Shown one piece after another: positions 8,473-17,642 of a stretch of DNA of 50,886 nt. The position numbers were made by a program, and so were the translations under genes. The stretch's first letter is position 1; every line of letters starts with the position of its first letter. The DNA lies in NCBI GenBank assembly GCA_043804515.1, contig JAZDIZ010000196.1:1-50886 (forward strand), written 5' to 3'. This stretch comes from Pseudomonadota bacterium (GTDB taxonomy: Bacteria > Bdellovibrionota_G > JALEGL01 > DATDPG01). The notes beneath the pieces are model-generated. The model had not been told where the DNA came from. It did not search any database and saw only the letters and a list, made by a program, of their open reading frames with translations.

Positions 8473-11400
8473 TTACTGGAGCGTGCGCTCGGCGCGCACA
8501 ATCAACCGCTGAATGAACGAAAGTCTGTCATCCCCGGCCAGGAGCTTCGTGATCGCGCTTTCCACCGTCGCGCCGGTCATCGAGATCCGTGTCGCGGCTT
8601 CCAAACTATCTTGTCTTAAAAACTGCGCTACCGTCCGGGGCAATTGGACATCCCAGAAAGCATGGGAGGAGAATCGCGCTTGGGCGTCCCGATCCAGGAG
8701 AATCTTCAACTGATGGTAAGCGCCGTCTTCCTCAGCCAGCCACTGCTGGGCCAGGCGACCCAAGACGCGCAGTTTTCCCGCCGCTTCCACGAATCGTCGG
8801 CCGGAAGCCAGGGCTTCCGGCGACAAGGCAACCCCTCGATGGTTCCGCAGGGGTTCCGCCTCCTGGATTCCTTGGGCTGCACGAAGAAAACGATAGGCCG
8901 TATCCGCCACATCCTCAGGTGTTACCGAAGCCAGGGCTTCCAAACGACCGACCAACTCGGCCCGGGAAACAACGACCCGGTCGATGAATTGGCCGGGGCT
9001 GACGGCCGCCGCTGCAGCCGATTCGAAGAAACGCCTTCGTTGATTGAAGGGGATCCGGGCTACTTGCTCCAGGAACACGATGTGCTTCTGCACGTTGTCC
9101 AGGAACAGGACGAGCGAGGGCTGGAAGACGCCCTGAATGAGCCTGCCCGCCTCACCTTCCACGTCCCCCCAAAAATAGGCCTCGCGCTCAATGGGGGCCT
9201 TCAACTCCACGCGGAACGAATGCAACGTCAGGGGTCGAAGGAGCGTCGATGTCGCGGCCTTCCATTGGTCCTGGGACCGGGCATTGTGCTTCTTCCTTTT
9301 CTCACTCCAGGTCGCCGCATATTCTTCCGGCGTCCGGCCGTCCCGCAGATTTCGATATTCGCTCTCCAGAGCGACGGCTATCGCGATCGTCAGAGCCGTT
9401 CCCAGGAGAGGAACGGGAACCAATGCGTGTGAAAGGGTGCCCGCCACCGTGATCACGGCAGCCGAAACGGCGACATCCAGAAGGCGGTCCGTCAACAGCG
9501 CCTCGCCGAACTTGGTTTGAGCGGACATCGTCTCGTCCAGGAGCTTTTCTTGGAAGATCCGATCAAAGACCGGCGAAACCTCGCCCTGCATGCCACCGGA
9601 CAAGAGGCCGATAAACGGGTCCAACTCGCCCGGCAAACCTGGTGACGGGTTTCCCATCAGGCTGCCCATCATCCGGTCCAACTCAAAATAATTCAGGTTG
9701 GGTGCGACCTGGGATTGAACGAAGGCTCGTTCGACGTGCCCCAATTGAAAATAGCGGCTGATCACGTTCTGCAGATAGATCCCGGGGGCCAGGCTCGCGC
9801 GCGCCATGAAGCTGGAGGCTCGTTGAAAAACCGCCGTCGCAATCTTGTACTCCGCTTCACTGTCGATCCCCGCCAGCGCGTCCGCGAAATTCGCGCTGAG
9901 AATCCGCTGACTACCCAATTGAACCGCGGTGCTCCCCACGACGAAGCCGCCTAACGAGAGCAAATTTTCATGCGATTTGGCCTCATGGAACGCCTGCACA
10001 GCGGCTTTGGCCGTGGGCACGCCCGAGCGAGCTAACTCCTGGGCCCGCATCAGAAACGACACGAACAAGAACTCCAGCTGACCCAACGCGAGATCCCCCA
10101 GCGGCAACCCCTTTTCTCGCAGGGTCCTCTCCATCTCTTCCTTCATCACCCGGAACATCTCCCGGCCCAGTGAGTCCAGAACCTTCACCCGCCGCTGCGC
10201 GATGGGTTCGGCGGAGTCCCGGACGATCCGCGCCACGGCGGCCTGCAATACTTGACCCGGGTCTTGATTCGGGGTTGCCCCCATCATGCGCTCAAAGGTG
10301 GCCCGGATCTGTGTCCTCTCAGACGGAGTCAGAAGCTCCAGCCGGGACAAAATGATTTCGGGATCAACAGTGCTCTGGCGCCCTCGCTGGGCCGCCCGGC
10401 TCGTCTTCGGTTTCCCGTTCTTCGATCCGGCCTGGGCTTTACCGGCCGGGCGACTTTGGGAGGAAGGTTCTCGGGGCGGATTCTCATCGCCGGGCTGTGA
10501 AGGCGCGGCGAGACCGCGAGTCTTAGGTGGAGGGGGAATTCTTCCTTCCGGTTTCACGTTTGAAAACGCGGCCAGCTCCTCCGCCAGAACTTCGGAGGAC
10601 GTACCCCGAATCCCCTGCCTGGTTCCGGGAACCAAACCGGGCCGGGCGGGTGCCGCTCGTTCGGAGCCCTCCTCGGTCAGCAGAGCTACGGGTCCGCTGC
10701 CGGACGGAGGTGGACGACCGGAACCTCCGGCCGGGGGTTCATTATCCCTCGGTGACTTTGGAGGTCCCGAGCGCCCTTGGTCCGTATCGCCACGCCCCGG
10801 CGGATTCTTCCCACGGAGGGCGCGAATCTGCCGTTGCACCTTTTCAATGAGATGTGTTGTAAAAGGAAACAGGCCCCCCGCCGGTCCCACATCCTTCAAC
10901 AATGCCGCATGCTTCACCGATCGAATGAGGAGTTGGGTCTCCAAATCGGTCAGCTCCCGCTCGGTCAACGACCCCTCGAAGAGTTCATCCCCGACCTTTT
11001 CAACAATCAGCGGCTGTTGATCCTGAATACGCATGTATTCGGCGGCGCGCCGCATGATGAGCGAATAGAGTTCCCCCAACTCTTGGATTTTGGAAGGGTA
11101 CCGATCGGTCGAAAAGGCCGGGCCGACAACGTCAAAATATCCCTCGGGGGACCTGACCACATGGATGCTGGTTAGTCCCTTCACGTCCGGTGTTTTCTCC
11201 GGTACCGCGCCCATGCGAAGCCTCACGTTTTTGAATCCGGCGCTCTCCGATGAAAGGCGTTTCAGGATTTCATCAATCAGGGCCCGGCGTATTTCCACCT
11301 GCGTGTTCGATACGCCGGCTTGCATGCGCGGCGTCCGGCTTCCTTGCGCCCTTTCTTTGTCGGCTGGAGGAGGTAATGGAGGTCCTTTCGACTCCTCTCC

Positions 11401-14400
11401 GGAACCGCCATCCGGGGGTGCCTTGTCCTTCGGTGACTCCGGCGGCCTCGAAGCCCCTTGGTCCGGGCCCTCGTCTTTGGGCCCTGGACTCTTCCTGGCT
11501 CCACTTGCCGGGGGTTCGCCACCTTTCTTCCTCATGATCCACGTTTCCACCATCTCCCACGTCGCACGAAGGGACAATTTGCGCGTCTTCGCCTCGGAAA
11601 GTTCTGCGTCCAATTCGCCGAGAAGTCGCGCAGACATCGGAAAGCGGAGATGGACCAGGATCGCCTTACGTACGCTATTCGCAAATTCGTATGCGGATTG
11701 AAGTTGCGATCTTTCATATTTCGGAAGCGTCCTGATCTGCCGAGCCTTCTTCAGGCCCGGGAGTTGGGCCTCGCTTTGAAGCAGTACCTTCAACTTCTGC
11801 TGTTGATCCCCCTCACCCGGGACCAGCCGGTCTCGGTGAACCGCGGGCGAGTTCTCAGGTAAATCCCCCATCCAGTCCGTCAGGTTTGGATACCGGGCGG
11901 CGAAATCAACTGTCGATTCCAGCAGCGGAGCCAGGTATTCGGGAAGGTTCGTGCCGGAAACCGCGCACCGGATCTCTCCCCCATCCATGAACACCCGCGC
12001 GGCCTCGCCCTCACGCAAGTACTGCCGAGTGGCGTCTACAAAGACGGCCACCTTTCTTTGAAACTTACTACCGAGATGAGCAAGGTCCCGCTCGAGGAGC
12101 GCAAATTCTTCCGGCGGCATGAATCGCACTTTCAGGCCCGGACGCTCTTCGCGGTACAGCGGGAAGCCGATTCCTCGCAATGCTCGCCTTGGAAGACTTG
12201 TGCTTTTCAGCCCGAGGGGAATCAGGCGCCCCTCCAAAGCTTCACGCTGAACTTCCTCCTGAGCCGTGAGAGGCCGGAGTTGACTGCGCGTATGGAATTC
12301 TTGCCAGAGCGTTCGCGCAAGAAGGGTTTGTTCGGCCGGCGTCAGGCCCGGAGGCCCTCCCCTTTCCAGCGCACCCAGGAGGTCTTGAATCGGCGGACGC
12401 GAGGCCGGATTCAGAAACGGGGCAATGTGTTGGAAGCTCACGGGGTCTTCAAGCGCCGATAGCGTCTGCGCCACGCACTCGGCAAGTTCTTTATGGGTCG
12501 TTATGCCCCGCACGATCGTCGGAGCTTGAACGTCGAAGACCCCCTGGTTTTGTGACACTTGCACCGAACGAGACACCTTGGAAGGGTCCTGTACCTGGCT
12601 CGGAGACAGGATCGGGATCTCAAGCGCCCCCAGATCCGGGAGGTGCCGACCTTCAGGCTCGTGCCTCTCGAGCTGGCGAGCTCTCATCTCTTCAATCTCG
12701 GCTTTCTTGGCGGTTAAGCGTTCTACCTGGATCCGGATCTCCTCCTCGGTAGCCGCGTTCCGCTCAGTCGCATCTTGAGGAGGGTGCATGGACGCCGGAT
12801 CAGTTGGCGGGATTATTCCGGTATCCGGCCGATCCGGCCCTTTCCGGTCGGAAGCGGGCTTTTCTGGGGTCCGTGGGATAGGAGGAGCAGAGCGCAGCAA
12901 TTCGATCAGCGTGTGATCATTCCGTTGCGCTATGTCGAGGCGTTCTTTGGCCTGCTGATATTCGGTGGAAAACTCGGGAAGCCCGCCTTTGTTAACTACG
13001 GCGCGCAGAGCCGCCAGCGTCAGATTGTTTTGGGCCCAGACGATCCGCGCCTCTTCCGAAGACACCTGCTTATCTCTCAGCCGTGCTTCGATCTCCTCTA
13101 CGCTCAGATCCTTGTGCCCTTGGGAGTCCGCCTTAAGTCCCGCCAACAGTGGTTCCGCGACAAGAAATTCAGCCATGGCCTCGAGCGTCACCAATACGGC
13201 TTTCGTGATCGGCGCGCTTTTTCTTGGAAGGATCACCCGTAGACGCAACCGTTCACCGGCACGCTGGACATTGATCCCCCAGCCCTCCCCACGATTGTGG
13301 AGGAATTCCGTTTCGGCCCAACCGTACCGGCGGGCGAGGTTGTGGATTTTCGACTGGAACGTTTCGACCTCGGAGCCGGCTACGGCAGGTATCGGTATCT
13401 CCACGCTTGTCGGGAACACGGGCAACTGTCTGAGTTCCAGGATCTCTCGGCGCAATTCTGACGAGAGACCGTTCACGGCCAGGACGCGATCCATCGCCCC
13501 GGCTAACCCGGGGCGCGCAGGCATCGTATGAATCCAGTCGGCCAAAAGCTTCACCGCGAGGCGCCGCTGATATGCGTCCCCACGCTCGATCCGCTCCAGC
13601 CAAAACTTGAACCTGGGAATCGCAGCAATGTCCGGCTCGCGCCCGTTTTCTTGAAACGGGTTGATCCCGCCGTCCGGGAGTGTTTTTCCCGCCGTCCGCA
13701 ATCTGTCCGCCAGTTGTCTCCGGCTATCGATGGCAATTCTCGGCCCGGCCTCGTCGCGCCGCAGCGCCTTCTCCTCCGCCAAGGCCCGAGCCTGGTATTC
13801 CAGGACGAGGGCGGAGATCTCGCCTGGGAAATATTTCACCAGGATTTCGTCGTACCAGCGCCCGACCTGAGAGGCAGGCACGAATTCAAGCTGAAAGCTC
13901 GCCAGCGTGCGCCAGAGATTTTGAGCCCGGGCCGTGACGCCGGTGAAAACCAGGGAAGTCCCGGGTCGGTCTGTGAGGACAACGCTATTGGGGCGCATAT
14001 CCACATGCAGAAGGAGCTCACGCGCCGCCGAAGAAGTGCGGGAGATCGCGCCGAAGAGGGCCTCGGCACCGTTGAAAATCTCCTGAAGATAGCGCTCACG
14101 GTAATTTTCGATGGTACTCAAGGCGGGTCCCAGTGCGGAGCTTAGGAAGGCGACCACAAAGCGCGGGTGTCCGCTTGCATCTTTAGATACATAATGCCCC
14201 GCGTATTTCGGCAGGAAATCCAGGTCCGGCGGCATTCGGCGCAGAAGCCTGAGTTCCTGTTCATCCATGAGCCGCATCACGAACAGGCGGCGGTCTCCAC
14301 CTTTCAGATCCAGCGACATTTCAAAGGTCCGGAAATCCCCTGCGTCCTGCCTTGAAAGCTGGATCCAGCCCGCCTCCATATCTCCGACCGGCGTCCCCGG

Positions 14401-16056
14401 TTTGACTTGGTCCAACAGTTCGGTCCAGAATTTCGGGGTTCGGATAATCGGCTGGAGGAGCAGCCGCATTCCTTCGGGCAGCCGATGCAAGCTTACGTTC
14501 GCATTTCCGACTCTGATGGCCTCCGGTCGGTCTCCTGGCGCAGCTCTCGTGACCCTGGGTTTGGCGCGTTTCGCCCCCCCCATTTCCACGAGTTCCCGTG
14601 AATACCCTTCCGGCGGAACGATCACCCCTTGTTGAACGGCGTGCACCACAAGGGAGAAGGCCTCCTGGATCGCGCGATCCACCAAAGTTTCCGTCGCTTC
14701 GGGATGCTGTTTGCGAAGACCCGCGCGGTCGATCATGGTGGGCCATCCCAGAATCGTCCGGACCAACGGGGCCAGTTTCGGGGATCGTTCAAGATGCGCT
14801 TCGGAGACCAGATGTTGGATCGTGTCCGTGCCTTGTTCATCCCGGTTTTGGAATCGGGCCGCCTGGACAAACCAATGCATGGCGCCGATCACGTCGGCCA
14901 TCGGGGTTCCGCGCAAGGCATGCAGGACCCAGACGCGTGACGCCACGTTGTCCACGGTCAGTGACGCCGGATTTTCCAGGAGAAAACGCAGGAGGCTCTT
15001 CTGATCCCGTGTCAGCGCGATCGGTCGGAACGATCCTCGCTCGCTGTCGATCATCAATGCGGCCGCGTCGATCCCTTGCGGTAAGGTGACCCCCCCTTCA
15101 ATTCCTTTCCGCACAAGGCGGCTGAATCCGATGATCTTGTGTTCACAGATCTCCGCTTCCGTTATGGGGTTAAGACGCGCCGCCATCAGGTCGGCCGTTG
15201 AAATTCCGCTTCCGCCCAGAATCCGCGTCCAGGTTTCCAGATACTTCGAGTCTTTATCGCCGGGCAGAACCACGACACCCCGAAAGCGCTCAGGGGAGTT
15301 GACTTTGGGATCACGGCTCCCCTCGATGAACCGATCCACGATACCCATCGCGTCCGTCTCCTCGAGCCCGGGGATACCTCGAACCGCGGCCTTAAAGGCC
15401 TCCTGGTATTTCGAGCCGACCAAACGTACCAAGGCCTGCGCCATGCGTTGAAGGAAGCGTTTTTCCAAGGACGCCGCTGAAGCCGGCGCACGTTCCTCTC
15501 GGGCATCGCCGGCGCCTTTTCCGGGGGACGGGTCGAACTTCACTTCCCGAGGCAATTTGACGGCGGATTGCGCCGAGCGCGCGCAATCCAGGGCGGCCAG
15601 AAGCCCCTGTACCAGAGCGTTTCGGATGGCCGCCAGTGAAAATCGCATTCCGGCTGTGGAGGGCAGCCCCTTCATCTGATTCGAGAGAGGAGAAAAGTTT
15701 TCCGAATGAAGGCATCCCTCCACAACCTCCTGGTGTGTCGGCATAAGCCGGGGTTGAATCTCTTTCCAAGCCGTCTCCCAGTAACTTGTCCGGCCGATTT
15801 TCCAGAGAAGCCATTCGATCGCATCGTAGAGTCGGTCCTCAGAGGTACCCCTCAGACTGTTCCGGAGCCGGGCCATGAAGGCGTCCGGATCCTTGCCATC
15901 CCAGCGCGTGTATTCGTCCACGACCGCCTGGGCCGTCTTTGCCAGCTCCTGCGGATTCGGCTGGTTTCCTTGCCCTAAGACGAGACACGGCACCAGAAGA
16001 GCCAAGCCCAGGGCCGGCCCGATTTTTCGGAATAAAATCAATATCCCCGAACGCAA
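8473..16056 (-). CDS. Giant (~2,530 aa) exported protein of unknown function, with a kinase-like segment, Pro-rich linkers and hydrophobic C-terminal helices
   Basis: 7.6-kb uninterrupted ORF with signal-peptide-like RKIGPALGLALLVPCLVLG. Start moved to TTG 16056 (GAGG upstream) because the track start at 16104 lies upstream of a sigma-54 motif. Confidence 0.8.
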   Translation of the reverse strand: MRSGILILFRKIGPALGLALLVPCLVLGQGNQPNPQELAKTAQAVVDEYTRWDGKDPDAFMARLRNSLRGTSEDRLYDAIEWLLWKIGRTSYWETAWKEIQPRLMPTHQEVVEGCLHSENFSPLSNQMKGLPSTAGMRFSLAAIRNALVQGLLAALDCARSAQSAVKLPREVKFDPSPGKGAGDAREERAPASAASLEKRFLQRMAQALVRLVGSKYQEAFKAAVRGIPGLEETDAMGIVDRFIEGSRDPKVNSPERFRGVVVLPGDKDSKYLETWTRILGGSGISTADLMAARLNPITEAEICEHKIIGFSRLVRKGIEGGVTLPQGIDAAALMIDSERGSFRPIALTRDQKSLLRFLLENPASLTVDNVASRVWVLHALRGTPMADVIGAMHWFVQAARFQNRDEQGTDTIQHLVSEAHLERSPKLAPLVRTILGWPTMIDRAGLRKQHPEATETLVDRAIQEAFSLVVHAVQQGVIVPPEGYSRELVEMGGAKRAKPRVTRAAPGDRPEAIRVGNANVSLHRLPEGMRLLLQPIIRTPKFWTELLDQVKPGTPVGDMEAGWIQLSRQDAGDFRTFEMSLDLKGGDRRLFVMRLMDEQELRLLRRMPPDLDFLPKYAGHYVSKDASGHPRFVVAFLSSALGPALSTIENYRERYLQEIFNGAEALFGAISRTSSAARELLLHVDMRPNSVVLTDRPGTSLVFTGVTARAQNLWRTLASFQLEFVPASQVGRWYDEILVKYFPGEISALVLEYQARALAEEKALRRDEAGPRIAIDSRRQLADRLRTAGKTLPDGGINPFQENGREPDIAAIPRFKFWLERIERGDAYQRRLAVKLLADWIHTMPARPGLAGAMDRVLAVNGLSSELRREILELRQLPVFPTSVEIPIPAVAGSEVETFQSKIHNLARRYGWAETEFLHNRGEGWGINVQRAGERLRLRVILPRKSAPITKAVLVTLEAMAEFLVAEPLLAGLKADSQGHKDLSVEEIEARLRDKQVSSEEARIVWAQNNLTLAALRAVVNKGGLPEFSTEYQQAKERLDIAQRNDHTLIELLRSAPPIPRTPEKPASDRKGPDRPDTGIIPPTDPASMHPPQDATERNAATEEEIRIQVERLTAKKAEIEEMRARQLERHEPEGRHLPDLGALEIPILSPSQVQDPSKVSRSVQVSQNQGVFDVQAPTIVRGITTHKELAECVAQTLSALEDPVSFQHIAPFLNPASRPPIQDLLGALERGGPPGLTPAEQTLLARTLWQEFHTRSQLRPLTAQEEVQREALEGRLIPLGLKSTSLPRRALRGIGFPLYREERPGLKVRFMPPEEFALLERDLAHLGSKFQRKVAVFVDATRQYLREGEAARVFMDGGEIRCAVSGTNLPEYLAPLLESTVDFAARYPNLTDWMGDLPENSPAVHRDRLVPGEGDQQQKLKVLLQSEAQLPGLKKARQIRTLPKYERSQLQSAYEFANSVRKAILVHLRFPMSARLLGELDAELSEAKTRKLSLRATWEMVETWIMRKKGGEPPASGARKSPGPKDEGPDQGASRPPESPKDKAPPDGGSGEESKGPPLPPPADKERAQGSRTPRMQAGVSNTQVEIRRALIDEILKRLSSESAGFKNVRLRMGAVPEKTPDVKGLTSIHVVRSPEGYFDVVGPAFSTDRYPSKIQELGELYSLIMRRAAEYMRIQDQQPLIVEKVGDELFEGSLTERELTDLETQLLIRSVKHAALLKDVGPAGGLFPFTTHLIEKVQRQIRALRGKNPPGRGDTDQGRSGPPKSPRDNEPPAGGSGRPPPSGSGPVALLTEEGSERAAPARPGLVPGTRQGIRGTSSEVLAEELAAFSNVKPEGRIPPPPKTRGLAAPSQPGDENPPREPSSQSRPAGKAQAGSKNGKPKTSRAAQRGRQSTVDPEIILSRLELLTPSERTQIRATFERMMGATPNQDPGQVLQAAVARIVRDSAEPIAQRRVKVLDSLGREMFRVMKEEMERTLREKGLPLGDLALGQLEFLFVSFLMRAQELARSGVPTAKAAVQAFHEAKSHENLLSLGGFVVGSTAVQLGSQRILSANFADALAGIDSEAEYKIATAVFQRASSFMARASLAPGIYLQNVISRYFQLGHVERAFVQSQVAPNLNYFELDRMMGSLMGNPSPGLPGELDPFIGLLSGGMQGEVSPVFDRIFQEKLLDETMSAQTKFGEALLTDRLLDVAVSAAVITVAGTLSHALVPVPLLGTALTIAIAVALESEYRNLRDGRTPEEYAATWSEKRKKHNARSQDQWKAATSTLLRPLTLHSFRVELKAPIEREAYFWGDVEGEAGRLIQGVFQPSLVLFLDNVQKHIVFLEQVARIPFNQRRRFFESAAAAAVSPGQFIDRVVVSRAELVGRLEALASVTPEDVADTAYRFLRAAQGIQEAEPLRNHRGVALSPEALASGRRFVEAAGKLRVLGRLAQQWLAEEDGAYHQLKILLDRDAQARFSSHAFWDVQLPRTVAQFLRQDSLEAATRISMTGATVESAITKLLAGDDRLSFIQRLIVRAERTLQ
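10718..11464 (-). repeat. Two 66-bp intragenic direct repeats (10718-10783 and 11399-11464)
   Basis: 51/66 identical by manual alignment; they encode DQGASRPPESPKDKAPPDGGSG and DQGRSGPPKSPRDNEPPAGGSG. Confidence 0.8.
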
Positions 16057-16078
16057 AAACGCCTCGTCTACACCATCA

Positions 16079-16120
16079 GCAAGGTGCGTACCAGAGTAAA
16101 ACACGCCTAACTCATTGAAA
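16079..16120 (-). promoter_or_regulatory. Putative sigma-54 promoter and IHF-like site for the giant ORF
   Basis: Minus-strand TGGTACG-CACC-TTGC (16093-16079) and TTTCAA-TGAG-TTA (16120-16108). Confidence 0.6.
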
Positions 16121-16291
16121 TTGCTGACTTAGATCATGCTTTTTCGTGCCTCAAAATGGCCCTTGGACGCCACCTTCGTCCCCAATCTGTCGCAGGCGTC
16201 CCGGAGGGGGTTCGGGCGATCGGTCAGGGGAAAGGAAGCGGGTATCCCGGAATCTGGGACGGAGTCGGATGTCTCGATGCCGGATTCAGCC

Positions 16292-17137
16292 CTAGATCTC
16301 TACACTTTCGCCCGCCGTCCAGCCCCGCTCCCCTGCGACGATTCGCGCGGCCGCGATCTTCGGGTCGTGTTCGTAGAAGAGAACGAAATCGGTCGTCTTT
16401 GCCAGAGAGAGAACCTTCTCTTTCTCCTCGAGCATTTTGAGCGGTTGGAGGTCGTAACCCATGATCCAAGGGATCGGAACGTGCGCGGACGTCGGGATCA
16501 GATCCGCCGCATAAAACAGCGTCGTGCGGCCGTCGGAAACCTGGACGTGCTGCTGAGCCTCCGTGTGGCCGAACGAAACGAAGAGCTCGACCAGAGGAAA
16601 AACCTTTTCGGGGCCCCGGAGCGAGCGAAGCCGTTTCTCCCGGAGCAGCGCTTCGAAACTCTCCTTTAAGTAGCTCGCCTTCTCCCTCGGATTCGGGGCC
16701 TGAGCCACGGCCAGATTCCTCGCCTGGATGTAATACGTGGCGTTCGGAAACGTGGCCGTGTACGTCCCGTCGGCCGTCCGGCGTGTGGCGCCGCCTCCGT
16801 GGTCGAAGTGAAAGTGTGTGATGACCACGTCCGTGATATCCGCCGGCGTAAGGCCCAGGGCCGCCAGCGATTTTCCGACGTTTTTGGCCTCAACATCCAC
16901 GTTGTACATGTCGCGGAATTTTTCCCCGCCTTTGTCTCCCACGCCGCAATCCACCAGAATTTTCCGCCCCTCCCCTTCCAGCAAGAGCGCGCGCATGGCG
17001 AGCCGGATCCGGTTCTTCCCGTCCGGCGGGTTCGTTTTCTCCCACAACACGCGCGGGACGGTTCCGAACATGGCGCCGCCGTCGAGGGAAAACTCCCCCG
17101 TTTCGACGGAAGAAAGTTTGTAGGGTCCGATCTGCAT
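16292..17137 (-). CDS. Metallo-beta-lactamase-fold hydrolase (YtnP-like)
   Basis: LDGGAMFG, THFHFDHGGG (HxHxDH), GHT, ADL and HDP motifs. Confidence 0.9.
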   Translation of the reverse strand: MQIGPYKLSSVETGEFSLDGGAMFGTVPRVLWEKTNPPDGKNRIRLAMRALLLEGEGRKILVDCGVGDKGGEKFRDMYNVDVEAKNVGKSLAALGLTPADITDVVITHFHFDHGGGATRRTADGTYTATFPNATYYIQARNLAVAQAPNPREKASYLKESFEALLREKRLRSLRGPEKVFPLVELFVSFGHTEAQQHVQVSDGRTTLFYAADLIPTSAHVPIPWIMGYDLQPLKMLEEKEKVLSLAKTTDFVLFYEHDPKIAAARIVAGERGWTAGESVEI

Positions 17138-17156
17138 CTCGGGATCCGTTTTCCGG

Positions 17157-17642
17157 TCAGGTTCTTTGAGTCTCGATCTTGTGATAATCGTCCAGGAGAA
17201 GCGTTTTTCGGAAGACCAACCCCTCCCGCGAGGCGCAGGACATGATGTGTTCGTCCGACATGACGATGGCGTCTTTCGGGCACGCCTCCTCGCACATCCC
17301 GCACACGATGCATCTGCCCAGGTCGATGATGAACTCAGCCGGCACGCGCTCCCTAAGGTCCTGCCGCTCGTATTCCTTGATGTCGATCGCGATGGCGATC
17401 GGCGGGCACACCACTTCGCACAATTTGCACGCGACGCATTTCTCGATTCCGTTCTCCCCCATAACCAGCTTCGGAAAGCCCCGATACTTCGGCGGGTACT
17501 TCCAGCGTTCCTCCGGAAACTGCATCGTAACTTTTTTCCGGAAGATGTGCCGGAACGTGATGCTCAGTCCCTGGAGGATGGGCGGGAGATACAGTTTATC
17601 CCACCAACGGAGGCCGGGGCGCGGAGCTACAATTACCGCCAT
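17157..17642 (-). CDS. nuoI: NADH-quinone oxidoreductase subunit I
   Basis: TMQFPEE, CVACKLCEVVCP and RCIVCGMCEEACP (two 4Fe-4S motifs). Confidence 0.93.
   Translation of the reverse strand: MAVIVAPRPGLRWWDKLYLPPILQGLSITFRHIFRKKVTMQFPEERWKYPPKYRGFPKLVMGENGIEKCVACKLCEVVCPPIAIAIDIKEYERQDLRERVPAEFIIDLGRCIVCGMCEEACPKDAIVMSDEHIMSCASREGLVFRKTLLLDDYHKIETQRT

Noticed and set aside
7165-8619. 484-aa alternative-frame ORF over ETF-QO
   Set aside because: Arg/Gly-rich off-frame product typical of high-GC DNA; the ETF-QO frame explains the region.
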